Shown here: one piece after another, positions 1 through 11,612 of the stretch
How positions within the stretch are numbered: the stretch's first letter is position 1
Layout: each line of letters starts with the position of its first letter
Assembly: GCF_030144855.1 (NCBI RefSeq)
Contig: NC_082725.1
Coordinates: 37,510,001-37,574,000 of the forward strand
Origin: Hypanus sabinus
Taxonomy: Eukaryota
DNA length: 64,000 nucleotides
Reading direction: 5' to 3'
The notes under the pieces: generated by a model
Seen by the model: only the letters and a program-made list of their open reading frames with translations
The model's database searches: none
Told to the model about the DNA's origin: nothing
Program-made: the position numbers and the translations under genes

Positions 1-414
1 ATGGATGTTTGTGGCTAGCCTTTCCCCAGAAAAGATGATACAGGGATCGATAAAGGACAGTGAGAGCTTGAGGTGGCCAGTGTGAAGGTAATAGTGAAAA
101 TTGACAGCGAATGTGTCCAGGAACACCACCAATATAGGCATGAATGTACTGGAAAAGCAGCAGAGGGAGGTGGTAGTTGAAGTGAATGGAAAGAATATCA
201 TAGCATCATATTGAAGAACAGAGAATTTACTCCAGTCCCATTCCAGGCTAACAATTATAATTCAGATTACATTTAAAACTGTTGTGTAGACTTGTTGCAT
301 CTCCTGCATCATTAAACAGCTTGGTCTCCAGAAGCAGGTCATTGACTACAATGCAACATGGGAGCCAAGCCTGATTTACCTCACTTCTTGTTCCAGTCAT
401 TTAAATAACATCAC

Positions 415-580
415 AAAGGAGATAAAAATCTGCAGATGCTAGAAGCCCAAGTAACACAGACAAAATGCTGCAGGAACTCACTAGGCCAGGCCAGGCAGTC
501 CACATTTCGGACTAGTCTCAGCCAGAAATAGGCTTGTTGATCTACTGAATCCACCTCCAGCATTTTGATTGTGTTACTTA
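415..580. repeat. Penelope-derived mini fold-back repeat (degenerate)
   Basis: ctgcagatgctagaag...caaaatgctgcaggaactc followed by inverted ...ctccagcattttg. Confidence 0.6.
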
Positions 581-1076
581 AATAACATAATTGATATGTT
601 CCGGTCTTACTCAGATTGGGTAGGAGGAATGTGAGAAAGGGGTGAAAGAAATTGTGTCTGGGTCTGTCCAAGAAGAGGGCACAGCAGAGTCTTTGAACTG
701 ACATTCCACACCCCCACCCCAACTCAGATAATAATCTAAATTATCTGTGGGGAAGATGCAACCCTTTAAAGACAGTCCTTTTCTCTAAAAGGATGAGGGA
801 TGTTAGTGTCTCGATAATGCTGTCAAATTATTTGTAATGTTTGTTTAATAATGTAATCGATTAAAACACAGCTAACTTTAACATAGCTGCAGAGAGTGAA
901 AGAAACAGACGCTTACAATATGTAACTAAAAATATCAACTTCGGTCAAAGCTGTCCCATTATACATTTTCGAAGCACAGCTTTTCTAGGGCATGCAATCT
1001 AAAAGTAGGTTGCAGGAACAAGGACAACCCCAGAACGGCGTGGAAAGAGTCCGAATAAAACCAGCAATTCGCTTAC

Positions 1077-1353
1077 CAATTTTGGCGAGACTGGCCACCA
1101 GTATCCAGATTGAGATGAAGTATGGACTCTGAACATGATTCCATTTGAAATCGACAACTGCGAAGCTGCTGTTACCGGAATTGACTTCTGCTGATCCGGA
1201 GCGGAGCTTTCCAGGGACCGAGTCGGATCCGCTCAGCTGGCGCCAGCTGAAGGCTCCTTCCACCGGGCGCCAGAGCAACAGAGACTGGCCGAGCAGAAAC
1301 ACGACCCAAGAGATGCACCAGGTCCCGCACACGCCCCTACAACTGCTCCCCAT
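1077..1353 (-). CDS. SLC9A3: SLC9A3 (NHE3) first coding exon, proximal alternative copy; partial CDS, rest of gene lies left of the window
   Basis: ATG at 1353-1351 in strong Kozak context (GACATGG). Encodes a hydrophobic signal-like N-terminus and [29 protein letters not shown], matching the NHE3 exon-1 motif ([19 protein letters not shown]). Ends after 92 codons+1 nt at donor G|GTAAGC (1076-1071), phase 1. Confidence 0.88.
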
Positions 1354-1409
1354 GTCGCCTCGCTCCTGGCGACCAGATCTCCGGGGAGAGACTGGTTCGA
1401 TCACTCAAA

Positions 1410-1456
1410 CTCCCGGCGGCTCGGTTTATAAAACAGGTCAATTAAAGGAGGTGGGG
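1410..1456 (-). promoter_or_regulatory. Core promoter of proximal exon 1 (TATA box 1425-1430, TTTAATTG element, G-rich box)
   Basis: Minus-strand TATAAA ~72 nt upstream of the ATG; 29/37 identical to the distal promoter. Confidence 0.7.
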
Positions 1457-2894
1457 CCACTCTCTCAACTCGGACTGAATTACAGTCCCTTCGCTCCCTT
1501 ACTGGATAACTAAATGAAATGCTTTCACTAAAAGTGACTGATGTCACCCTCAATCCGCCAGCGGGGAATCCCCGTCACTGTCCTTCGGTTCAAGCTGTCC
1601 CAATCATTCCAGGGAACCGAGTGTCCATTCAAAAGCGTGATAGATGTTTGTGCTTTAGACAGAGAGCCGATCAGATCGGTGACCATCCTTTGCACAGAAC
1701 GAGCGACGGTGTCGTGGGCGTCCAGGATCCCGGGACTGACCCGGGGTGATCGCCAGCCCTCTTCGTCCCGAGCGGCACTCCGCAAATCGCACCGACTTCG
1801 TGGCTGAACTCATGTCAAGTACTACTTGTGACAACCCCCGAGGCAAAAAGACCCAAATGTTAAGGTTCAGAACAAGAACAACTGGGACCGCTAATTTACA
1901 AAACCTAAGCGGCAGGATAGATTCAACCGATTGAAACGCAAATTGCGCGCTCCTCTGTTGGAATGACTGAGGGATCTTTGTACTCCCCCACCCCCATTCT
2001 AATTCTAAATCTGAGTAATACAGCATGGAAACGAGTCATTTAGCCCAACTAGTCCATGCACATCAAGATGTCCATCTAAATTAATCCCATTTGCCAGGGT
2101 TTGATCTCCTAGCCAAGTACTTCTCCAATATCTTTTAAATGTAGTTACTGTAGTTATCTACCACTTACTCTGAGAATCCTGGTATGTTTAAAATAAATCT
2201 GCATCAATGTTTAGACCTTACTTATTCTTACCTTAAACCCCAGAATCTGGAAGAGTGGAAGAGGTAGGCACAGCACAGCATGTCTTGGAGAAATCGGGCT
2301 GATCGTTCAAACCACTCAAGAAAGGGCAATCCATTGGGACTATATACCCCAGAGTCAACATTATTTATCTCCTCTCTCAGTTCATTAGTTTGTATTGTGA
2401 AAGTCAGGTTTAAAAACAATTATTGGAAAAGACAATTAATTCTAATTGTAAGCACCCCGCAGTGAAAATAGACCATGCAGTGCTGTAAGCACAGTGTGAG
2501 ATTGTCTCTATTAGTCTGTGATAAAACTTACTGGCTACTTGTTCCACATGGACGTTCCCCCAAGATGTGTTGAGTATCCATCTGTCACAATTGAGGAAAA
2601 TGTGTTCCTTAGTATAATTTAAGGAATTCACCAAACATCAGAATATATAAATATTTGGTTAATGTATACAATTAAAAACATACCCTCCAGTAAGATGTAT
2701 GAGATTTTCTCAATAAGCCATATCCTTGTGGGTTGTGGTGACCCCGCCTATACTGCAAGATCAGATCTGTTGGAAGCTTCCCCCAGTATTATCACTTGAT
2801 CAGGGTGGAGAGTTCCTGAGATCCCAGGAAGGATCTTGCCTGGAGTTCAGCTATTTAGCACTTAGCTCCTGGTATGGTCACCCTTAGCAGTAAA

Positions 2895-5880
2895 GTCAGG
2901 GGGAAGTTTAGGGTTAAAATCACTGGTATGCACCATGAAATTTGTTGCTTTGCAGCAGTAGTACATTCCATAAAAATAGTGCAAAAATGCACAAAAGAAA
3001 TAGGCTTATTGTTCACCTTCAGGCTTCTGTACCTCATTCCTGGATGATGGGGTCCTTAATAATGGATGCTGCTTTTATGAGGCATCACCTTTTGAATATC
3101 TCCTGGATGCTGGTGAGACTAGTGCCCATAATGAAGCTGGCTCAGTTCACAACTCTCTCAGCTTGGTGCAGAGGCCCCGCTATGCGACCAGTTAGAATGC
3201 TCTCCACAGTGCAACTACACAATTCTGCAAGTGTCTTGGGTGACAAACCATGTTTCCTCAAACTCCTAATGAAGTATATCTGCTGTCATCCCTTTTTTAA
3301 ATTGCATCAATATGTTGAGCCCAGGATAGATCTTCAGAACTATTAACACACAGGAACTTGAAACTGCTCACCTTTTCCATTGCTGATCTCGCAATGATAA
3401 CTGGTGAGTGTTCCCTCGATTTCCCCTTCCTGAAGTTCACAATCAATTCCTCAGTCTTACTGATGCTGAGCACAAGGCTGTTGTTTTGACACCACTTAAT
3501 CAGCTGATCTATCTCACTCCAGTATATCTTCTCATCACCATCTGAAACTCTGCCAATAGTTGTGTTGTCAGCAAATTTATGGATGGTGTTTCAGCTATGC
3601 CTAGCCACACAATCAATGATGTAGAGAGAGTAGAGCAGTGGGTTAAACACGCATCCTTGAAGTGCGGCAGTGTTGATTGTCAGCGAGGAGATGTTATTTC
3701 CAATCTGCACTGGCTGTAGTCTCCCAATGAAGATGTCAAGGAATCAGTTGCAGAGGGAGCTTCAGAGAACCTGGTTTTGGAGCTTGTTAATTGGCACTGA
3801 GGGTATGGCAGTGTTGAAATCGAAAAATAGCAACCTGATGTAAGCATTGCTATTGTCCAAACAATCCAAGGCTCAGTGGAGAGCCAGTGAGATTCCATCC
3901 ACTGTAGACCTATCCTGGTGATAGACAAATTGCTGCATGTCTAGGTTCTTGCTTAGGCAAGCTTGTTTCTGGTCATGTCCAACCTTTCGGAGCACTTCAT
4001 CACAGTAGGTGTGAGTGCAACTGGGCTATTGTCAAAGGTAGCTCACACTGCTCTTGTTGGACACTGGTATGACTGTCATTCTTTTGAAGCACATGGGAAT
4101 CTGTGACTGGAGCAGTGAGAGTTTGAAGATGTCCTTGAACACTCCTGACTAGTTTGTTGGCAAGTTTTACAGGTCCCTGCCATGTTTACCATTGGGGCCT
4201 GATGCCTTGCCCTCTTGAAAGATGTTCTGACTTCAGCCTCCGAGATAGATCACCAGGTGAAGCAGGGGTTTGCACAAGTATAGTTTTATTCTCTCTTTCA
4301 AAGCGTACATAAAAGTCATGAAGCACATCTGAGAGTGAAGCATCACAGCCATCCATAATGTTAGGTTTTACCTTGTAGGAGATAATGGCCTGCAAACTCT
4401 GCCAGAGTAGATGTGCATCCAACTTCCATCAGAATTGATCTTTTACTCTTAATCTAGCTTTCTTTAGGTCATACATGGACTTCTTGTATAGTTCTGGATC
4501 ACCAGTCTTGAATACCAAGATCTAGCCCTCAGCAGAATCTTCTGGTTCATCCATGGATGTTGGTTTGGGCATGTCCAGTATGTTCTCATATCAACGCAGG
4601 TCTTGATGAAGTGGGTAACAACTGTGACATAGTCAATCAAATTCGAAGATGAATGCCTGAATATTGTTCAGTCCACTAACTCAAAGCAGGGAGTAGAAGT
4701 ACAGCCAGGTGATCCGCCTTTCCAAAGTGTGGGCACGGGGTGGCATGGAAGCGTCCTTGATGGTGATATGACAATGGTCAGGTGTGTTCGCTCCTCTGGT
4801 TCCACAGGTAATATTGTTGGTAGTTGTTGAGAAACTTTTTCCTGCTAGCCTGACTGAAATCCCCTGCAATGATAAAGAAGTCATCCGGGTGTGCCATTTC
4901 ATGATGGCTGATCACTGTGCTGAGATCCAGTGCCTGCCTGACATTAGCCAAAGGTACAAAATTCATTACCAAACTATATTCCTTACAGGCAGCCACTAAC
5001 CAAAGAAACCTAATAGAGCCCATTAAAAAGATCTTCAAACACCCAATGTACAGGAAATAAAACAAAATATGGAAAGCAATTAAATAACATTCAGAACTGA
5101 AGCTCACAAAATTGAGTCCACAGCCATGAAGCCAGTCACGGCCGATCCAAGAGCCCATTAGCTGCAGGTCACAGCCTCAGTCCAGAAATGAGTAAAGTTT
5201 GTCAAAAGTGAGTAGAACACCAGCCCCTCCCATCCTGACCTTTTCAATCTGGCACAGTGCTTAGATCAGCCAAATAGTGGGTTCCTTCCTTGCTCTAGGA
5301 CCCGCGTTGTGCTGCTTTGATACATTCTCGGGACTAGGACCTACCTTCTCAATTCAGCCTCACCTCAGCTCTGCCATTTCGATTCACCTCCAAGTTCCCT
5401 CCAGCAATTGTTGAACATTGGCTTGTTTGTCGATCTCAGGCCCGGGCCCTGCCACTCCAATTCAGCCTGGATATACCACACCAGATGTTCCCGGGTGGGT
5501 GAGCAGGATTAAAACAGAATTACCATACTCCACCTCCTCTATTTTGAAAATACTCAGATGTTCTGTCTTTGCGGATGAAGACCACTGGCGGAGTGGCCCA
5601 TGTTTCCATGAAGCAAAACCACACAGCAGTCTCTGACATCTCTCTGGAACTGCAATCCTGCTCCAAGCTCTTCAACACTAGGAGATCTGCAGATGCTGGA
5701 AATTCAAGCAACACACAAAGGGTCTCAGCCCAAAACGTCGGCTGTGCCTCTACCTATAGATGCTGCCTGGCCTGCTGCGTTCCACCAGCATTTTGTGTGT
5801 GTTACTCCAAGCTCCTCGGTTTTATTTACCAGAGACTCCACATTCTGCAGCAGGTTAGTCAGGAGTAGGGGATCTAAGAG
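2895..5880 (-). mobile_element. Rex1/Babar-type non-LTR retrotransposon, decayed, spanning EN to 3' tail, with nested inserts
   Basis: Minus-strand remnants: NVESLVNKTEEL (~5815-5850), FCFMETW...RKDRT...RGGGV (5520-5640) and TRGANTPDHCHITIKDA (AP endonuclease), then RT-like sequence 3300-3900; many stops and frameshifts. Confidence 0.75.
5674..5804. mobile_element. Penelope-derived mini fold-back element with TSD
   Basis: Flanked by ctccaagctc(t/c)tc at 5661-5673 and 5805-5817; contains partial hammerhead motif gggtctcagcccaaaacgtc. Confidence 0.75.
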
Positions 5881-7929
5881 CTCTGTTTTTCAATTGTACC
5901 GGCAGAGCAGCCCACTTTCCTTGCTCTTAAAGGGGAACTGCACTCACAACCAAAGTCTCCCATCTGGGTTCCATCAATTTTGAGGATCAATTGATTTTTT
6001 AAACATCTTATAACAATTTTCAAATGGAATTACCCATGAACGTGACTGGATTTCAGCTCAGCAGTCCTAAGTGGGAATATTTGATGATTCCCATTGGAGC
6101 TGCACACAGAGTAGCCACTTATTGGCACCATCCAGACAAAGAGTGATCCAACTAAGACCTCAATGGTGGAGCTACTGGAAGATGATGACAGATCACAATG
6201 GCAGTGAAGGCCAAGGAAAGCAGCAACAATGAAGGGACTCCAGTCATCTTGCTTTCCATGTCAGTGGACGCAGACCCGGATCTGTCAGAAACCTGTGGTA
6301 GCTGCTCATGTTTCAGCCTCTGTGCATTAAACAAAGTCATACAAAGGTATTCTGCATTAAGGAAATCCACCCTAACATCCTGGATATGTGGATCCTGCAT
6401 CAGCCTCTACAGCCTTAGGAGAACATCATACTTGACTCAAGTGATCACAGTACTATGGCTGGAAACTTCAATATTTGACTACCTATTTAGATACCTCCAC
6501 AACCTCAGGGCCAACTAAACTCTTTCAAATGGCACCACTATAATATTGGATAGTATGTGCATTGTAGGCTTCCTCAAACGACAATATAATAATGGCCTAG
6601 ATAACCAATTTCCAAAAAGGGGAAGAGATAGATCTTGTCTGGGATACCCGTAAGAACGTTTCCATTCTATAGTAGTCTGTTGCCATCTTCCTCATCAACT
6701 GGAGGGAGCAGACAACACATTAGTTGAATATCTTAAAGACAGCACCATAAATATGCATAGCTTTGGCAACCTGATGTGATGAATTCATTGTTCAAAGAGC
6801 TTGGTATAAAAGACACAAAATTGCAACTGTTTGCAGAAGGCTAGAGGTGCCAGCTGGGGTTCAATTACTGTACAGTGCTCTCAACTCTGAGGCAAAAAGT
6901 TATGAATTTAAGTCTCTTCACTCCTCAGACATTCATAATACATTCTGACAATTCAGAACTGTCTAGAGATAATGTAACATTACCAAACGTTGCCTTCTAA
7001 GTTACATCCCTTAAACTTCAGCTGATGAAAAATACTGCTGTTCCTATTCTATTCCTCTTTACCCCCATTCCTAGAGATTACTAAACTAATTGACAGCTTT
7101 CCAGCAAAACCTCAAATGTAAAGTTCTCATTCACTTAGTGAAATGCACATTTCCAAGAAATCTGCATTTAGCCACATCTGTTTCCTCAACATCTAGTACC
7201 CATCCACAGGGAAATTGTCTCCATTTCACACCCATTTTTTCAGCTAACAATTTATTTCTAACTCTCTGTACCTTGATACCAAACATAGAAATAAAGCATG
7301 GTATGAAAATGCACTTGAACAACAGGAGATTCATGAAGAGATATCATGAGTTGTTCACATTTACCCTCATGTATTGGTTTCCTTTTGTTCCTACCTCTCA
7401 AATGCTTACCATTGAAACAGTAAAAAGGGTGGACCTTCATCCTGACAAATGTGCATAGCACACAGGAAACTACAAATATTAACACTGATTATTATAGAAG
7501 TCCTTTGTCAAAATAATCTGGTTCTGTGCACTCTAAGAGTGCCTTTAAATCACATTTTATGGCGTAGCTGACTGCAATTGTAGGCATGTTCCACATACGT
7601 TTGTGAATTAAGCATATACTTGGAGAAAATGCATACAATTGTAAGCACAACGGTCATCTTTGCTTCGGTAAGGAAGGTACGTGCTGAAGAATAAAGGCAT
7701 GCTGATAGACTCTCAAGATAAATGGAAGCTCTTCCTATGGTCATAGATCACCTGGGCTGTGAGGGAGTGAAAACACCTATAGAGATAAGACTTCTCATGG
7801 TTTACCAACTATCATGCCATGTAGTCAACATCACCTTTGCCATGCAGCAGCACAAGATCCCCATGGACGCTTACTCAATCTTCCTGCTGCTGACTGGAAA
7901 AAGAATTCAATATAATAAGATTCTATTAA

Positions 7930-9350
7930 ACATTGTTCCCTTGATCCAGAAAGGGAGTAGAGATAACCTACAAAATTATAGACCAGTGAGTCTTAGTTCA
8001 GTTGTGGGCAAGTTGTTAAAGAAGATCCTGAGAGGCAGGATTTCTGAGCATTTGGAGAGACAATCTGATTAGAGATAGTCAGTACGGTTTTGTCAAGGGC
8101 AGGTCATGCCTTACGAACCTGGTTGAATTCTTTAAGGGTGTAACAAAACACATTGATGAAGGCAGAGCAGTGGATGTAGTGTATATGGATTCCAGTAAGG
8201 CAATTGATAAGGTTCCCCATGCGAGGTTCATTCAGAAAGTAAGGAGGCATGGGATCCAAGGAGAACTTGCTTTGTGGGTCTAGAATTGGCTTGACCACAG
8301 ATGGCAAAGGGTGGTTGTGAAAGGTTCATATTCTGCATGGAAGAACGGTAACCAGTGGTGTTCCACAGGGATCTGTTCTGGGAGCCTTACTCTTCATGAT
8401 TTTTATAAATGATCTGAATGAAGAAGTTGAAGAGTGGGTTAGAAAGTTTTGCTGATGATACAAAAGTTGGGGGTGTTGTGAATAGTGTGGAGGGCCATCA
8501 GAGGTTATAGTGGGACATCGACAGATTGCAGAACTGGGTTGAGAAGTGGCAGATGGACTTCAACACAGAAAAGTATGAAGTGGTTCATTTCGGTAGGTCA
8601 AATTTGAAGACAGAATATAATATTAATGGTAAGATACTTGGCAGTATGGAGGATCAGCAAGATATTGGGTTCCATGTCCATAAGACGCTCAAAGCTGCTG
8701 CTTTGAGTTGACTGTGTTGTTAAGAAGGCGTAGGGAGTGTTGGCCTTCATCAACCATGGGATTGAGTTCAAGAGCGATAAGGTAATGTTACAGCTATATA
8801 CGACCTTAGTTAGACCCCACTTGGAGTACTGTGTTCAGTTGTGGGCACCTCATTACAGGAAGGATGTGGATACTATAGAGAGTGCAAAGGAGATTTACAA
8901 TGATGTTGCCTGGATTGGAGTGTGTACCTAATGAGAATTGGTTGAGTGAACTTGGCCTTTTCTCCTTGGTGCGACAGAAAATGAGAGATGACCTGATAGA
9001 GGTGCATAAGATGATGAGAGGCATTGATCGTGTGGATAGTCAGGGGCTTTTCCCAGGACTGAAATGGCCAACCTGAGGGGTATAGTTTTAAGCTGCTTGG
9101 TACAAGGGGGATGTTGGAGATAGTATTTTTTTTTTATACACAGAGTGGAATGCACTGCCAGCAGATGTGATAGAGGTGGATACAGTAGGGTATTTTAAGA
9201 GACTCTTAGATAGGTACATGGAGCTCAGAAAAATAGAGGGCTATGCAGTAGGAAAATTCTAGGCAACTTCTAGAGTTGGTTACATGGTCGACACAACATT
9301 GTGGGCCAAAGGGTCTGTATCGTGCTGTAGATTTTCTATGTTTCTATAAC
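7930..9350 (+). mobile_element. CR1 LINE, 5'-truncated RT region and 3' UTR
   Basis: NYRPVSLSSVVGKLL, FADDTK, QNWVEKWQMDFNTEK and LVRPHLEYCVQLWAPHYRKD motifs; ttctatgtttctat tail. Confidence 0.9.
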
Positions 9351-9394
9351 CACCCCGCAAAGCTGCATTAATGAACAGTCTTATGCAATACTTC

Positions 9395-9715
9395 ACTGCA
9401 AAGCTGCCCCGACTTCTATGCTTCATTCCCGCTAACACAATGAACTGATAAGCAAGGCTTTGGGCCTCCTCCAGGCTGCTCCAGGGTTCAGATCCGAGGA
9501 TCTTTTGGTTCAGAATGCTGTCGTTTGCTTCAATTGTTTGAATAATTTGTATTTTTTTTTTCTTTCTCTTGCGCAGCGAGTGTTGGTCTTTTATTTTTGT
9601 TCTTTTCTTTTTAATTGGGTTCCTTCGGGTTTCTTGCTTTGTGACTACCTGTGAGCAAGCAAATCTCAAGGTTGTATAAATTATACATTCTTTGATAATT
9701 AGTGAGTCTTGAAGG
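9395..9715 (+). repeat. Non-autonomous retroposon family (related copy at 32180-32535)
   Basis: Shares actgataagcaaggctttgggcct...gcaaatctcaaggttgtata with 32289-32500; tail resembles Rex1-type 3' ends in this window. Confidence 0.6.
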
Positions 9716-10249
9716 GGCTAGATGTAAACAGAAAACAACTCAAAGCTTGGGAGAGCCCAAACCATGGAAGGTCACTGGCACAGCCACATCAGCATCCAAT
9801 GACAAACTGCAGCTCTGACCCACTCTAAAGCTGCAGTTGTATCTAGAGCAAATGGTAGTTTGAGTGAATTGATGTACGTGACATTGTTTCTACATTGATC
9901 AGTTGGACTAACTGCTCCCTGAAGCTCCTGACAGTGCTTTAAGGAGAGGTTCTCTTCTCTGTGCTCCGATACAGCATGGTCTTTCCCTCATCATGCCAGA
10001 TTTCAACTCTACTACCTGCTACTACACCAATACCTGGAGCAATTGTTCTGCGCAGCTGACAACGTCTGAACAATGTCCTTTCACAACTGTCACCCCTTTG
10101 CTAGAGCCTTTTGCAGCTTGAAACATTTGAAAGCGTCATGTATATAATTAAAGCAAGAGTGGGTGCAAAGAAAATGGAAATCTTAAATCATTCATGATGC
10201 CTTGTAATAAATCTACTGACAAAAAGTAGCTTCGGTGTTGTTGAATGAA

Positions 10250-10580
10250 GCCATGCCTGTTTAAAGCAGCATCCATCAACCTGGATGCTCACCATCCAGG
10301 CTATACTCTCTTCCCTCTGCTATCATGGAGGAGGAGGTACAAAAGCCACAGGTCCCACAGGTTCAGGAACACTTACTACACTTCAACCATCATAGATATC
10401 TTCACTCACCACAACACTGAACTGATCACTGAATACAACTGACAGACTCACCTTTGAAGACTACCACGTATTCTCATTGATTCTATTGTACTTTTGTTCT
10501 AATGTGAATGCCCACAAGAAAATTAATATGAGGGTAGAATGTGGTGACATACACTTCGATAATAAATTTACTTCGAACTT
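10250..10580 (+). mobile_element. Rex1/Babar 3' fragment
   Basis: HHPGYTLFPLLSWRRRYKS...RFRNTYY C-terminal motif plus aataaatttacttcgaac tail. Confidence 0.7.
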
Positions 10581-11372
10581 TTTCTTTCCACTGAGGCATC
10601 AAGCTGCATGATTTCAGTGCCCTGTTGAACTCTGGCATGATGATCTGTCTGAGCTTTTATAGTGGTGGGGATTTGCTGAATATGGACCAACAGTGTCCAC
10701 CTTTCACTGTGCACGCAAGTTTCGGACACTAACTGAGCCAAATCGATATCAATGTTTTACAAAGCATGAATGGCTAAGAATTTCTTGACAAAGGCCCATC
10801 AGATAACAAAACATTTCACTCACTTGGAGGTTTCACAGTGTGTCAGGACACCATGAGTACACGGGACTTCACGGTGTACTAAGATCCTGCTAGATCTATT
10901 TTTCAGAAGATAAAATTAATGGCTCTGCCCAAATTCTTCCATGGAAATACCAAAATATGTTGTTTTAAGCATCATACACCTCCATAATATATCCAGCAGC
11001 AAAGGGAATCCAAAATAAATATTATTGCGGATGCTGGAAATTTGAAGGACAACAAAATGCGAAAATACTATCAGGAAGGTAATCAATCAAAAATTTAACA
11101 CTAACTTTGGTCTCCAGAAACGCTGTCAAGCCTGCTGAGTATTTTCAAGAAACAAAGGGCACACTTACAACCTGTTAATATGCAATTCGTTGTTAATCAT
11201 TTAAGGCAAGATTTTAGCAGAACTAGAATTATTGACCCAAAATAGATTACACTTCTCATTAAACATTATCAATGCAACCGCAAATCAGATTAATTACAAA
11301 AAATATCAAGAAATATCATGGATTTAAAGTCTAACAAGTCGGTTAGATACTAAGAAACGTTCAGGTGGAAAG

Positions 11373-11612
11373 GGGCACCACAGTAGTGTAGTAGTTAGTG
11401 TAATGCTATTACAGCTCAGAGCATTGGATTCGCAATTCAATTCCAGTGTCACCTTTAAGGAGTTTGTACATCCTCCCCATGAGTGAGTGGGTTTCTCCCA
11501 CAAACCAAATTCAGGTCAGTAAACTAATTTGAACAGTCCTTTCCTATCCTGTGATTAGGCAAAGTTCACTGGGCCAGAAGAGCCCTTTCTGCACAGAATC
11601 TTAAAATAAATA
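11373..11612 (+). mobile_element. tRNA-derived SINE
   Basis: Head cagtagtgtagtagttagtgtaatgctattacag, body taaggagtttgtacatcctcccc, A-rich tail; related copies at ~20165, 32665 and 60810. Confidence 0.6.

Larger units (their letters stand above)
1030..1950. promoter_or_regulatory. CpG island around proximal exon 1
   Basis: Dense CpG and high GC against a CpG-depleted background; no recognisable repeats. Confidence 0.7.

Noticed and set aside
985-1404. ORF-track extension of the proximal exon (start 1404, stop 985)
   Set aside because: 1404 is a non-ATG start near the predicted TSS, and sequence beyond 1077 reads through a canonical splice donor into intron.
1145-1807. Several plus- and minus-strand ORFs in the proximal CpG island
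   Set aside because: Expected from stop-codon scarcity in GC-rich DNA; no protein motifs.
6050-6520. Coding-like composition with ORFs on both strands (similar patches at 9760-10130, 25560-26020 and 57309-57701)
   Set aside because: No motif or splice structure I can recognise; may be very old transposon remnants, and a homology search is needed.
11373-11450. tRNA-like sequences at SINE heads
   Set aside because: No complete cloverleaf, and they continue into SINE bodies, so they are not tRNA genes.
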